DNA of 56,410 nucleotides from Candidatus Yanofskybacteria bacterium CG10_big_fil_rev_8_21_14_0_10_46_23 (lineage in GTDB: Bacteria; Patescibacteriota; Minisyncoccia; 2-02-FULL-40-12; IGHO2-12-FULL-4), in NCBI GenBank assembly GCA_002771135.1, contig PCXO01000004.1, positions 1-56,410 of the forward strand, written 5' to 3'. Under the pieces are notes generated by a model. It was given only the letters and a program-made list of their open reading frames with translations, was not told where the DNA came from and did no database searches. A program made the translations under genes and the position numbers. This document shows positions 9,955 through 18,497 of the stretch, in pieces (the first letter of the stretch is position 1; every line of letters begins with the position of its first letter).

Positions 9955-10551
9955 TTACTCAGAAAGCGGGATTACTCTTTCGGGGAATTGAGGAAATTCC
10001 GGATAATTGTCTTCCGCTTTTTGGGGACCGGCCCAAACCACCCCCAAAACAACAAAGATAATAACCACCAGACTCGAAACGTAGAAAAACGATTTTGAGG
10101 CTTGACCGGATCGTAAATCCGCGAGGTAATGCCAGAAAACTCCGCCCATGACCGCAAGGACGGTTAAGACCTTGAGAAGAAATCGGGGGGTCAACTCCCC
10201 GTTAAAATAACTGTTAAGCAAGGCGATCAGACTGCCGATCATGAAAACCGCCCCGATAAACAAGGTCAGATAAATCAGCCAACGGCGAACCGACAAATCC
10301 CGCTTAGTCGGCGCCTTTTTATATTCCGTGGCTAAAATTCGATTGAAAATATGGAAAGCCGGGAAGGCGACAATAACGAAAGAGAGGGCCGTTCGGACGC
10401 CTCGGACTCGGCCGAAGGTATCCGCTTCGGGTAACCAAATATCCAACAAATTAAAGACCAGCGAAATCAGGAAACCAACACTCAAATAAAGAGTGACGAT
10501 CAGGAGCAAGTGGAGAAAGAAATCTTTCGGAGACGTTTTTAAATTTTCCAT
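9955..10551 (-). CDS. DUF5671-like membrane protein
   Basis: PKDFFLHL, VRRWLIYLTLF, LNGELTPRFLLK pattern; 5 TM segments. Confidence 0.7.
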   Translation of the reverse strand: MENLKTSPKDFFLHLLLIVTLYLSVGFLISLVFNLLDIWLPEADTFGRVRGVRTALSFVIVAFPAFHIFNRILATEYKKAPTKRDLSVRRWLIYLTLFIGAVFMIGSLIALLNSYFNGELTPRFLLKVLTVLAVMGGVFWHYLADLRSGQASKSFFYVSSLVVIIFVVLGVVWAGPQKAEDNYPEFPQFPERVIPLSE

Positions 10552-10560
10552 ACTTTTATT

Positions 10561-11049
10561 TTAATTTCGTTGCCATTCACTTTTTTGACCCTTAAGTTGC
10601 GCCTCGGCCATAACCAATTCATCATAAATCCCATCAATCAAGTCATACTCTTTTGCTTCTGGTAAATCAACCCAGGCAAATTTATCGGCCTCGCCCGCCT
10701 GAAGCGTGACTTCGCCAGATTCATATTCACCCACGCAAGAGATCACCAGGGAGGGGTTACCATCCTCATGAACTCGAGCCAGACTAGTGACATATTCAAT
10801 ATTTTTTATCTCCAGCCCAACCTCCTCTTTGACCTCACGCCGTAAAGTTTTCTCTAAAACATTATACCAGTAATGCTCCGTGTCTTTAGGCAAAGAGATG
10901 TAGTCATCGGTTTCTAACCGACCCCCCGGAACCGTCCACATTCCGCCGAATCGCTTCTTTGTCGCCGATCGTCGGGTAATCAGATATTTACCATTTTTCA
11001 CGATTATGGCCGTTATCACCACCTCATGAAGATTTTGATTCTGATTCAT
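10561..11049 (-). CDS. NUDIX hydrolase
   Basis: PGG...LRREVKEEVGL Nudix box (with an insertion). Confidence 0.9.
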   Translation of the reverse strand: MNQNQNLHEVVITAIIVKNGKYLITRRSATKKRFGGMWTVPGGRLETDDYISLPKDTEHYWYNVLEKTLRREVKEEVGLEIKNIEYVTSLARVHEDGNPSLVISCVGEYESGEVTLQAGEADKFAWVDLPEAKEYDLIDGIYDELVMAEAQLKGQKSEWQRN

Positions 11050-11050
11050 A

Positions 11051-11896
11051 TTATTTAAATAGACCTTTTAAAATTTTAACATTCTTTTTATCCGGGCCCA
11101 AGCCATCAAAACCGGGCACCTCCAGCAACCAAGGTAACTTATTAACTCGCCTCTCCTTGGCCAAGGCCCTAAATCCGGCTAAGCCGATCTCTCCCCTACC
11201 CAAATTCTCATGTCGATCTCGGTTTGAATTATAGGGGGCCATCGAATCATTGGCATGAATGGCGACCAGCTGATCAAAGCCAACCTCTTTTTCCCATTGG
11301 TCAAACAATATTTTTATATTTCGAGGAACGTAGGCCGCAATCGTCCCCCCCGCTAAAGCGTGGCAGGTATCAAAACAAGCTCGCAGACGATTCGAATTAA
11401 CTTGTTTGATAATCTGGCCAAACTCTTTCAAATCCGAGCCCAACTTATCCCCGCCTCCGGCGGTATTTTCCATTATCAATCGCGACTCGGTTTTAAGATT
11501 TTTCAAAACCGCTTTAATCCCTTTGACCATCCGCGCAATGGCCTCCTTTCGGTTTGAACCCTTGCCTGAGCCAACATGGAAAATCAAGCCATCGGCCTTG
11601 ATCGCATCCGCAATCGCATAATGAGCGCCAAGATTCTCAATTGATTTTTCCCAAGTTGCCTTGTCCGGACTGGCCAGATTGACTAAATAGGCCGCGTGCA
11701 AAAAGACGGCCTTTATTTTACTTTTTCTTTTGGATTCTTGAAATTGTATAACCTCCTCTCGATTCGGCTCCTTCACCCCCCATTGTCGCGGGGAAGCCCC
11801 AAAAATCTGAATTGCGGTGACCCCGAGCTCCTCGCCCCGCTCAATCGCCGTCGAAAGACCGCCCGCCGTTGAAACATGCGCCCCGATTAATGCCAT
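11051..11896 (-). CDS. nfo: Endonuclease IV (AP endonuclease)
   Basis: GAHVSTAGG, HAAYLVNLAS, FHVGS, MENTAG, DTCH, HANDS, DRHENLG, LEVP Zn ligands. Confidence 0.95.
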   Translation of the reverse strand: MALIGAHVSTAGGLSTAIERGEELGVTAIQIFGASPRQWGVKEPNREEVIQFQESKRKSKIKAVFLHAAYLVNLASPDKATWEKSIENLGAHYAIADAIKADGLIFHVGSGKGSNRKEAIARMVKGIKAVLKNLKTESRLIMENTAGGGDKLGSDLKEFGQIIKQVNSNRLRACFDTCHALAGGTIAAYVPRNIKILFDQWEKEVGFDQLVAIHANDSMAPYNSNRDRHENLGRGEIGLAGFRALAKERRVNKLPWLLEVPGFDGLGPDKKNVKILKGLFK

Positions 11897-11912
11897 AAAA
11901 TTAACCTATCAC

Positions 11913-12551
11913 TTAATTTGTTTTTCGCAAAACCGACCAACTGACCAAAAAAATAATCAACCCGAAGACCAAAATATAAATTAAATCTGAAAACTGACCT
12001 GAAATTAGGGCCCCACCGGCATAGGCGATTACAAAAGTTAAGGGAATAGTGCCGATTAAAGTCGCTAAGGCATATTTCCAAAAAGCGATCCCACTAAAAA
12101 AGCCGTAGGCGTAACTGATAACATCAATCGGCAGAACCATCCGAATCAAGACAAGGGAAATAAATTGAGTGTTTTCAGAGACACGTTGCTCATATTTTTC
12201 GATTGTCTCAAGAGAAACAAATTTTGAGATCAACGGGCGACCAAAATGTCGGGCGATTAAAAAAGCGATAATCGCGCCGACCGTCCAGCCGATCGTGGCG
12301 TAAATCGCCGTAGCCAGAGAGCCAATCAAACCAACCATGAAAGGAATCAGGGGGAGCGTAACAACCGGGGCGACCACAATGGAAAGGATCTCGACGGCTA
12401 TGAAGATGGCCGGGGCATAGTAAGGATTGGACTTTAAAAATTCTTTTAAAAAATCAAATTGGCTGTCCCAAAAAAAGAAGGGCAAAGAGACTAAAATAAA
12501 AAGCCCCAAAATAACTCCGCCGATTAAAAATTCATTTTTATCTTTTCCCAT
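11913..12551 (-). CDS. TVP38/TMEM64 (VTT/DedA superfamily) membrane protein
   Basis: AFLIARHFGR, LIRMVLPIDVISY, YALATLIGTIP; ATG 12551 minimises overlap with truB. Confidence 0.8.
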   Translation of the reverse strand: MGKDKNEFLIGGVILGLFILVSLPFFFWDSQFDFLKEFLKSNPYYAPAIFIAVEILSIVVAPVVTLPLIPFMVGLIGSLATAIYATIGWTVGAIIAFLIARHFGRPLISKFVSLETIEKYEQRVSENTQFISLVLIRMVLPIDVISYAYGFFSGIAFWKYALATLIGTIPLTFVIAYAGGALISGQFSDLIYILVFGLIIFLVSWSVLRKTN

Positions 12552-13194
12552 ATTTTTTCTGAAATTCCGCGAGACTAAGCGCTGTCTTTTTATCATACTG
12601 ACCAACCCGAGTTCGCTCCAATGCCGTCAATAATCCCCCCACCCCTAAAATTCGGCCGATATCTCGGGCCAAGGCCCGAATATAGACACCCGGACCAGTT
12701 GTAACATTTAGTTTTAAATCGGGCCAATTATATTCAAGAATTTTTATGGCCTTAATCAGAACTCGGCGTGACTCTAAGTTGACCGCCTGCCCTCGCCGAG
12801 CTAATCGATGCGCGGGTTTCCCGGATATTTTGATCGAGCTAAAAACGGGCGGTCGTTGTTCAATTTCCCCAACGAAACTCCTTAGCGTTGATTCAATTTG
12901 ATTTAGCGCCGGAATCGCTTGAACTTTTGATTTGGTTAATTCTCCCTCCAGATCATCAGTAGCACTTGTCTGCCCCAACCTAATCTCGGCGACATATTCC
13001 TTGTCGCTCTTTAATAAAGTTGCCAATTCTTTCGTAAACTCTCGGCCAACGGCTACGATCAAGATACCGCTCGCCAAGGGATCAAGAGTTCCGGCATGGC
13101 CGACTCGACGCTCTCCGGTAATAACCCGAACTTGATCAACGATATCATGCGAAGTTGGCCCCACCGGCTTATATATCGGGAAAATCCCAGTCAT
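12538..13194 (-). CDS. truB: tRNA pseudouridine(55) synthase
   Basis: KPVGPTSHD, GHAGTLDPLASG, KEY, PPVFSSIKISG, GVYIRALARD. Confidence 0.95.
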   Translation of the reverse strand: MTGIFPIYKPVGPTSHDIVDQVRVITGERRVGHAGTLDPLASGILIVAVGREFTKELATLLKSDKEYVAEIRLGQTSATDDLEGELTKSKVQAIPALNQIESTLRSFVGEIEQRPPVFSSIKISGKPAHRLARRGQAVNLESRRVLIKAIKILEYNWPDLKLNVTTGPGVYIRALARDIGRILGVGGLLTALERTRVGQYDKKTALSLAEFQKKYGKR

Positions 13195-13201
13195 CAAGCC
13201 A

Positions 13202-14887
13202 CTATAACTCAATTGTACTTCGTTTCTCAATATATTTCAGATGTTTTTTCCGATCCCGGACAAAATCACTGGCCCGTAAGTCGCTGTCAAAAATCATCTT
13301 GGCCGCGTGATGGCCCCCTAAAATATGGGGCATCAGCACATAGCTCGCCCCGGCCTTATAAAGCTTTTTTGTATCTTCGAAATTGTTTGCTATGACGATG
13401 ACAATACTCGATTTACGAGCTTTTTTGGCTTGATCTATAATCAAAAGATTGGTTTCTAAGTCGGGGATAACCGAAATTACCATTCGAGCCGTTTTTAAGG
13501 ATAACTCCGCAAGAAATTCCGGATTTCGAGCATCTCCAAATTGGTTGGCGATTCCCGCCTCTGTGAGGTGATGAACCACTCTCGGATCAAAGTCCACCAC
13601 CAAAAACTTCCGGCCAAGACGCGAAAAAGATTTTACCAGATCAAAACCCATTTCGTTATAGCCCAGCAAAATAATATCAAAGTGACTCGTTGTGATTCTT
13701 TTATCTCTTTTTCTTCCCCATTCAAACTCGGACAAAAACTTTTTAACAGGCTTATATCTAAAAATTCGGTCGGCATAAATTATCATGTAGGTTGAACCGG
13801 CAATAGTGATCAGACCGACAATCGTTACTAAAGATAAAATCGACTCCGAAATATGGCCGATTGTCACTCCCAAGATAACTAAGATAAACGAAAACTCGCT
13901 AATCTGGGCCATCGTCACCCCGGCCATAAATGAAGTTCGGCTCCGATAGCCTTGAAGACCCATCAAGACGATAAAAATAAAGGGGTTACCGATTAGAATG
14001 AAAAGCGAGAAGATCGCCGCCGGTTTAAGCAACGGCCCTAAGGCCCCGAAAGATAACTGCGACCCGAGAAAAACAAAAAATAAAACAAGAAAAAAATCTC
14101 GGAGCGGATGCATTTTGGCGCTGATTTCCACATTATAAGGCGACATTGACAGCGCCACCCCGGCAATTAGCGCGCCGACCTCAACCGAAAGACCCACAAA
14201 ATGCATTAGCGAGCCAATCCCCAGTCCCCAGGCGATAGAAAACAAAAAGAGAAATTCCTGAGACCCGCCAATAAACCGACTAATCCGGGGCAAGATATAA
14301 GCGCTGATTAGAATCAAGACCCCCACCGTCAAACTGGCCTTAATCAGCAACTCTACCGCCAAAGAGATGGCCTTCGACCCGGAAGAAAATGAGGCGATAA
14401 AAATAAGTAGGATCGCGGCCACAATATCTTGGACGAGCATGGCGCCGATGGCGACTCGACCATAAAGAGTTTTGGTATCGCCTTTGTCGGATAATATTTT
14501 TAAAACAACAATTGTACTGCTGAAAGTTAGGGCGATCCCAATATAGGCCGCTTCAATCTGGCTGAACCCAAGCCAGATACCGATTCCGAAACCCACGAGC
14601 GATGTAAATATAATCTGGCCAAGCCCGGTCAGGAGCGAAACCCAACCGACTTCTCGGATCGCCCGAGGACTCAATTCCAGACCAACGATAAACAAAAGAA
14701 AGGCAATCCCAATCTGAGAGAAAGTCTGAATAATCCCCCCCGTGCTGACAATATTTAAAAGATACGGGCCAACAATGAGTCCCGTAATGATGTAGCCGAT
14801 AATCAACGGCTGGCGTAAAATCCGCATCACGATTGATACGCCCGCCGCGACCGCGATGATGATACTAATCTCGGTAAAAACCTCCAT
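13202..14887 (-). CDS. CPA2 cation:proton antiporter with C-terminal TrkA-N/KTN domain (Kef-like)
   Basis: IGIAFLLFIVGLE, FSSTIVV, VQDI, QISEFSF; C-terminal LGYNEMG...VVDFD...GDA. Confidence 0.88.
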   Translation of the reverse strand: MEVFTEISIIIAVAAGVSIVMRILRQPLIIGYIITGLIVGPYLLNIVSTGGIIQTFSQIGIAFLLFIVGLELSPRAIREVGWVSLLTGLGQIIFTSLVGFGIGIWLGFSQIEAAYIGIALTFSSTIVVLKILSDKGDTKTLYGRVAIGAMLVQDIVAAILLIFIASFSSGSKAISLAVELLIKASLTVGVLILISAYILPRISRFIGGSQEFLFLFSIAWGLGIGSLMHFVGLSVEVGALIAGVALSMSPYNVEISAKMHPLRDFFLVLFFVFLGSQLSFGALGPLLKPAAIFSLFILIGNPFIFIVLMGLQGYRSRTSFMAGVTMAQISEFSFILVILGVTIGHISESILSLVTIVGLITIAGSTYMIIYADRIFRYKPVKKFLSEFEWGRKRDKRITTSHFDIILLGYNEMGFDLVKSFSRLGRKFLVVDFDPRVVHHLTEAGIANQFGDARNPEFLAELSLKTARMVISVIPDLETNLLIIDQAKKARKSSIVIVIANNFEDTKKLYKAGASYVLMPHILGGHHAAKMIFDSDLRASDFVRDRKKHLKYIEKRSTIEL

Positions 14888-14957
14888 CTGATTACCCAAA
14901 ATTATATCATGTCAAAGTCGTTTAGCTGTGTTGAAGAAAATAAAACACCCCCCGAGC

Positions 14958-15626
14958 CTAACTCTCCAGTTCTGGGCTACCATTAACCCTAGTCGCCTCA
15001 ATCGCCGACTGGACCAATTGAGCAAAAGGTTCCAGCCCTTGGGGCGTGCCGATAGCAACTCCATTTAAGAAGAAGGTCGGCGTCGCATTGAGCCCCAGAG
15101 CGCGAGCTTCGTTCAAATCAGCATTAACTCGGTCGCGAGTTTGGCCACTATCTAAATCTTCTTTAAATTTTTCTAAGTTCAAGCCTAACTCTTGGGCATA
15201 GGCCTCAAAAAGAGAATCCGGGTTGCGCTGGCCCGACCACTGGGCTTGGCGAGAAAACAAAATATAATGCATCTCAAAAAACTTTCCCTGTAGACCGGCC
15301 GCCTCGGCCGCCTGAGCGCTTCCAAGGGCGTTGGGATGAATAGAAATCAAGGGCAGGTGGCGATAGACAAACTTCAAATCATTTGGAAATTGAGCCTTGA
15401 GTTGCTCTAAAATTGGAAAGTAACTGGCACAGGCCGGACACTGAAAGTCACTATATTCAATCAAAGTAACCGAAGCGGTGGCGAGACCCTCGACATTATC
15501 AGTCGCCCGAACCTCAAAAACCGTTGAATCTAAGGGAACCGCCGGAGTCTGGGCCAGTTTAAAAATGCCCCATAAAATCACAATCATGATTACGGCCCCA
15601 AGAATTCCAAAAAGTAGTTTTTTCAT
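14958..15626 (-). CDS. DsbA-family thiol-disulfide oxidoreductase (Thioredoxin_4)
   Basis: N-terminal TM, EYSDFQCPAC, YRHLPL, NATPTFF. Confidence 0.92.
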   Translation of the reverse strand: MKKLLFGILGAVIMIVILWGIFKLAQTPAVPLDSTVFEVRATDNVEGLATASVTLIEYSDFQCPACASYFPILEQLKAQFPNDLKFVYRHLPLISIHPNALGSAQAAEAAGLQGKFFEMHYILFSRQAQWSGQRNPDSLFEAYAQELGLNLEKFKEDLDSGQTRDRVNADLNEARALGLNATPTFFLNGVAIGTPQGLEPFAQLVQSAIEATRVNGSPELES

Positions 15627-15686
15627 AGTGGCCTTATCCTACCAAAAATTTCTTAAAAATCTACCCTGAAATGGAAAATGCTTTAC

Positions 15687-15715
15687 TTGACTCTATTCTA
15701 ATTTTGATGTAATAT
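15687..15715 (+). promoter_or_regulatory. Sigma70-type promoter of the ORF at 15777
   Basis: TTGACT-N17-TAATAT. Confidence 0.65.
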
Positions 15716-15776
15716 CTGAACAGTTCGCGCTCGTTGTTGAGCGCATTCACATGGGAATTTTTTATTAGGAGGAAAC

Positions 15777-16490
15777 GTGATCTCAGAAAAAATCAGCCTG
15801 ACCCACCCCTACGCCTGCGTAGGGGCCACGTCTTTCGGCGGCCGGTGCCGAAAGATGGGGCAAATCGATCTTACCAAACCGGTGGGCTGGGTCTGCCCGG
15901 CTCACATCAATTCGGAAGACGCGCCGGGGCCGCATACCATTTTGATCAAGTTTCGGATTCCCAGAGAATGGGCCCGCGAGTTGGAGATCGCGGGTATTCG
16001 AAACCTTGGGCGACCGGACTTGGCCTCGCAGGAGGCCTATCATAGGGCCGAAGCCGAGAAGTGGGGGCGCAAGGCAGAGGTGGGAGGCGTAGTCGCCTCC
16101 GGAACCCAGGTTTTCGGAGAAGACGGTATCCGGGGCGCTCATTTGAGCACTTTGCCCACCGAACTCTTCAAAGCTGGCCTCCGCCTCTGCCAGCCCGACC
16201 TTGCCAGGGCAACCAAGGGGAAAGGACAGGATCATGTCTTGATTCTGCCTTTCTCCCAAATCGAGAGTGGGGAAGAAGTCTCTAATCTTCCCCCGAAAGT
16301 TGAGCGGGTCATGGAGTCTCTATTCCGGGCGACGTGGCGATGGGGCCACATCTGGGCCAATCCGCCCGAAGAAAAGAAGAGCTGGAGGATCACCCACACC
16401 GTTAACGTGAGCGGTATGGGTGATCGCACTGCCCTTCAAAAGGACCTCCTCTTCGCCAGAGGCCTTTGGAGTCTCCGACTTATCACCTAA
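15777..16490 (+). CDS. Hypothetical protein (237 aa), possible N-terminal Cys3His zinc site
   Basis: GTG start after AGGAGG; C-x9-C-x15-C-x2-H; own promoter and terminator. Confidence 0.75.
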   Translation: MISEKISLTHPYACVGATSFGGRCRKMGQIDLTKPVGWVCPAHINSEDAPGPHTILIKFRIPREWARELEIAGIRNLGRPDLASQEAYHRAEAEKWGRKAEVGGVVASGTQVFGEDGIRGAHLSTLPTELFKAGLRLCQPDLARATKGKGQDHVLILPFSQIESGEEVSNLPPKVERVMESLFRATWRWGHIWANPPEEKKSWRITHTVNVSGMGDRTALQKDLLFARGLWSLRLIT

Positions 16491-16517
16491 CCTAGCCAGT
16501 CCTTTCGCTTCTACCAC

Positions 16518-16558
16518 AACGGCCCCGCCTCTATCCAGAGGCGGGGCCGTTTTATTAT
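16518..16558 (+). terminator. Intrinsic terminator
   Basis: Perfect 15-bp inverted repeat AACGGCCCCGCCTCT-atcc-AGAGGCGGGGCCGTT then T-rich tail. Confidence 0.85.
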
Positions 16559-16581
16559 TACTCACACTTTTTTACCGGTAA

Positions 16582-16604
16582 CAAAAACGAGCCCTTAGGC
16601 TCGT
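16582..16604 (-). terminator. Intrinsic terminator of the NYN gene
   Basis: ACGAGCC-taag-GGCTCGT plus T-run on the minus strand; the stop codon lies in the loop. Confidence 0.7.
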
Positions 16605-17143
16605 GAGAGATTTGCTAGAATCTCATCGATAACTGTTACCTCAATCCAACCCGGATAATCTTGGTAGCGATTGGACAGAGCCTTCTCGAGAGATAAAATC
16701 AACACTTTTTTACCGCGAGACCGAGCCAAGTTGACGGTACTGACATAATCACCGTCGCCACCGACAATGACCAGATCGGTAAAACGAGCCAGTTCAAGCT
16801 GATCTCGCATCATGCTGATCATGACTCGATCGGCCGAGTCCGTGTACTTTAGAGTCTCGCCAAAGTTTGGCGGACACCCCACCACGTAGAACCCGGTATC
16901 AAAGAGGCCCCGGGAAAGCCCGGGGAATAAGTGATTGGGCACAAAAACAAATCCAAGCACAATTTCGGTTTTCGGGCCCAGCTTCTTGAAAAGAAGATCC
17001 TTCAACCAATTTAGACTGGAAAGCGTCCTCCTCGTTTCAAAATTAGGAAGCGAAAACCGGATATTCTCGTAATCAACAAAAACCACAGCAGTCCTCCTGT
17101 CCTTGGGATCAGGAGACTTCCGGTACCTTATTTTTCTCTTCAC
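16595..17143 (-). CDS. NYN domain protein (LabA/DUF88, PIN-like fold)
   Basis: VFVDYENI, DSADRVM, IVGGDGDY acidic motifs, RSRGKKV. Confidence 0.88.
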   Translation of the reverse strand: MKRKIRYRKSPDPKDRRTAVVFVDYENIRFSLPNFETRRTLSSLNWLKDLLFKKLGPKTEIVLGFVFVPNHLFPGLSRGLFDTGFYVVGCPPNFGETLKYTDSADRVMISMMRDQLELARFTDLVIVGGDGDYVSTVNLARSRGKKVLILSLEKALSNRYQDYPGWIEVTVIDEILANLSRA

Positions 17144-17172
17144 CTCTTCCTCTCTTTCTAGGAACTATTTGG

Positions 17173-17216
17173 AATATACCACAGGTATTGACATTGTCAA
17201 CAAAGTTTTATATCAT
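17173..17216. promoter_or_regulatory. Back-to-back sigma70 promoters sharing a palindromic -35 core
   Basis: TTGACA-T-TGTCAA; + strand TTGACA-N17-TATCAT; - strand TTGACA-N16-TATATT with extended TG. Confidence 0.7.
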
Positions 17217-17347
17217 TATTGCCAATACTGAAAGCTCTTTCCCAATTATTGTAACAACCAAAGGAGGTTTTTCACTAAGAGCTTTTGGTCGGCCGTCAGA
17301 TGCTGACGGCCTCTGTACCCTTTTTTCAAGAACAAGAGAGGTAAAAA

Positions 17348-18352
17348 ATGGCAACGATCAAGGAACTTCTGGCCAACGGGGGGCACCGCAAGGGCCCCCG
17401 AAAGAGCAACATCGCGATCGCCGACTTCAAGCCCACCCGGATTCTGCCGAGTGGCGAACCCCCGACCCTGGAAGACCCGCCCGATCTCGCGCGGATCCGG
17501 GCTATTCTGGCCCAGGCCCAAGAGGTCGAACAAAAAATTGAGGGCTACGAAGAAGCTCTCGGGAAGAGGGTCCCCGAGTACCTCTCCATCCGCTGGGAGA
17601 TCCTGGCGGAAATTGGAGAAAAGGGAGGGATGACGAAGGAAGCCCTCCAGCCGGAACTGGAGAAGGTCGAGAGATTGATCGACCGGGTCCTTCAGGCCCC
17701 CGCCCCCTATCGAGTGCCTGGCTGCGTCGCTTTCGCTCTCGCCCTGAGCTCCGCTCAAAGTGAAGAAGAGCTAGGTTGGGGGGTTCGTCGCCTCCAGAAA
17801 GCGGGCTTCTTCTCCGAGGCAACCCGGGGGAACCGCGACGCCTTGCGGGGGGCCAACTTCTCGGTTTTGTTGTCGCTGGAATACAGTGGCAACAAAAAAG
17901 CGGGAAAGGCCCTCAGCCAACTCCGTCGGGTTCAGGGCCTTTTCCTCCAGCAACTGCTCGAGGAAAACGATCAGCGAGCCGCCGAACTGAGAAAGCAGGC
18001 TGGTCCGAATCCGATCGCCGCGGTCAACATCGAGCGGTGGCGGATTAACCCCGGACAGGGCTGGATCGACATCCCCGACCAGCCGGGCAAACGCGGCGGG
18101 CTCATCCTCTTCCATTTGGAGGAGGGCCGGATCCACCCCAAGGGGGTGGCCGGTCGGCATCCCCATTTTGAGGGCCGAGTCCGGCAGATGGTTAACCAGG
18201 GAATTTTTCTGGAGGTCGGGGAGATCCGGGCGGAAAAAATCACCCGCCAGTTCCCAGCCCGGGACCTGTTCTTCCTCGTCCTCGACCTCCAAAAAATGGT
18301 CCGGGCCGGGATTGACCACGCCAAGAAGCTCGAGCTTCGCCGGCGTGGCTAA
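17348..18352 (+). CDS. Hypothetical protein (334 aa)
   Basis: Long ORF, ATG after GAGAGG, visibly GC-richer than core genes, followed by a strong hairpin. Confidence 0.8.
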   Translation: MATIKELLANGGHRKGPRKSNIAIADFKPTRILPSGEPPTLEDPPDLARIRAILAQAQEVEQKIEGYEEALGKRVPEYLSIRWEILAEIGEKGGMTKEALQPELEKVERLIDRVLQAPAPYRVPGCVAFALALSSAQSEEELGWGVRRLQKAGFFSEATRGNRDALRGANFSVLLSLEYSGNKKAGKALSQLRRVQGLFLQQLLEENDQRAAELRKQAGPNPIAAVNIERWRINPGQGWIDIPDQPGKRGGLILFHLEEGRIHPKGVAGRHPHFEGRVRQMVNQGIFLEVGEIRAEKITRQFPARDLFFLVLDLQKMVRAGIDHAKKLELRRRG

Positions 18353-18412
18353 TCCCCACCCCTTCCCTCTCCCATCCCCTCCGACTTAGTTCCTTCCGTT
18401 CTTTCCCACCTC

Positions 18413-18457
18413 AGACCCCTGGGGGTGACACGTCCTGTGTCACCCCCAGGGGTCTTT
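18413..18457 (+). terminator. Long hairpin/terminator
   Basis: Perfect 19-bp stem AGACCCCTGGGGGTGACAC-gtcct-GTGTCACCCCCAGGGGTCT. Confidence 0.75.
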
Positions 18458-18497
18458 CCGTTTGCCCAAATTTCAAGAGAAAGTTAAAATAGAGACC

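Noticed and set aside
17188-18389. Multiple overlapping 60-180 aa alternative ORFs
   Set aside because: These are expected shadow frames in GC-rich DNA; only 17348-18352 has an SD, promoter and terminator
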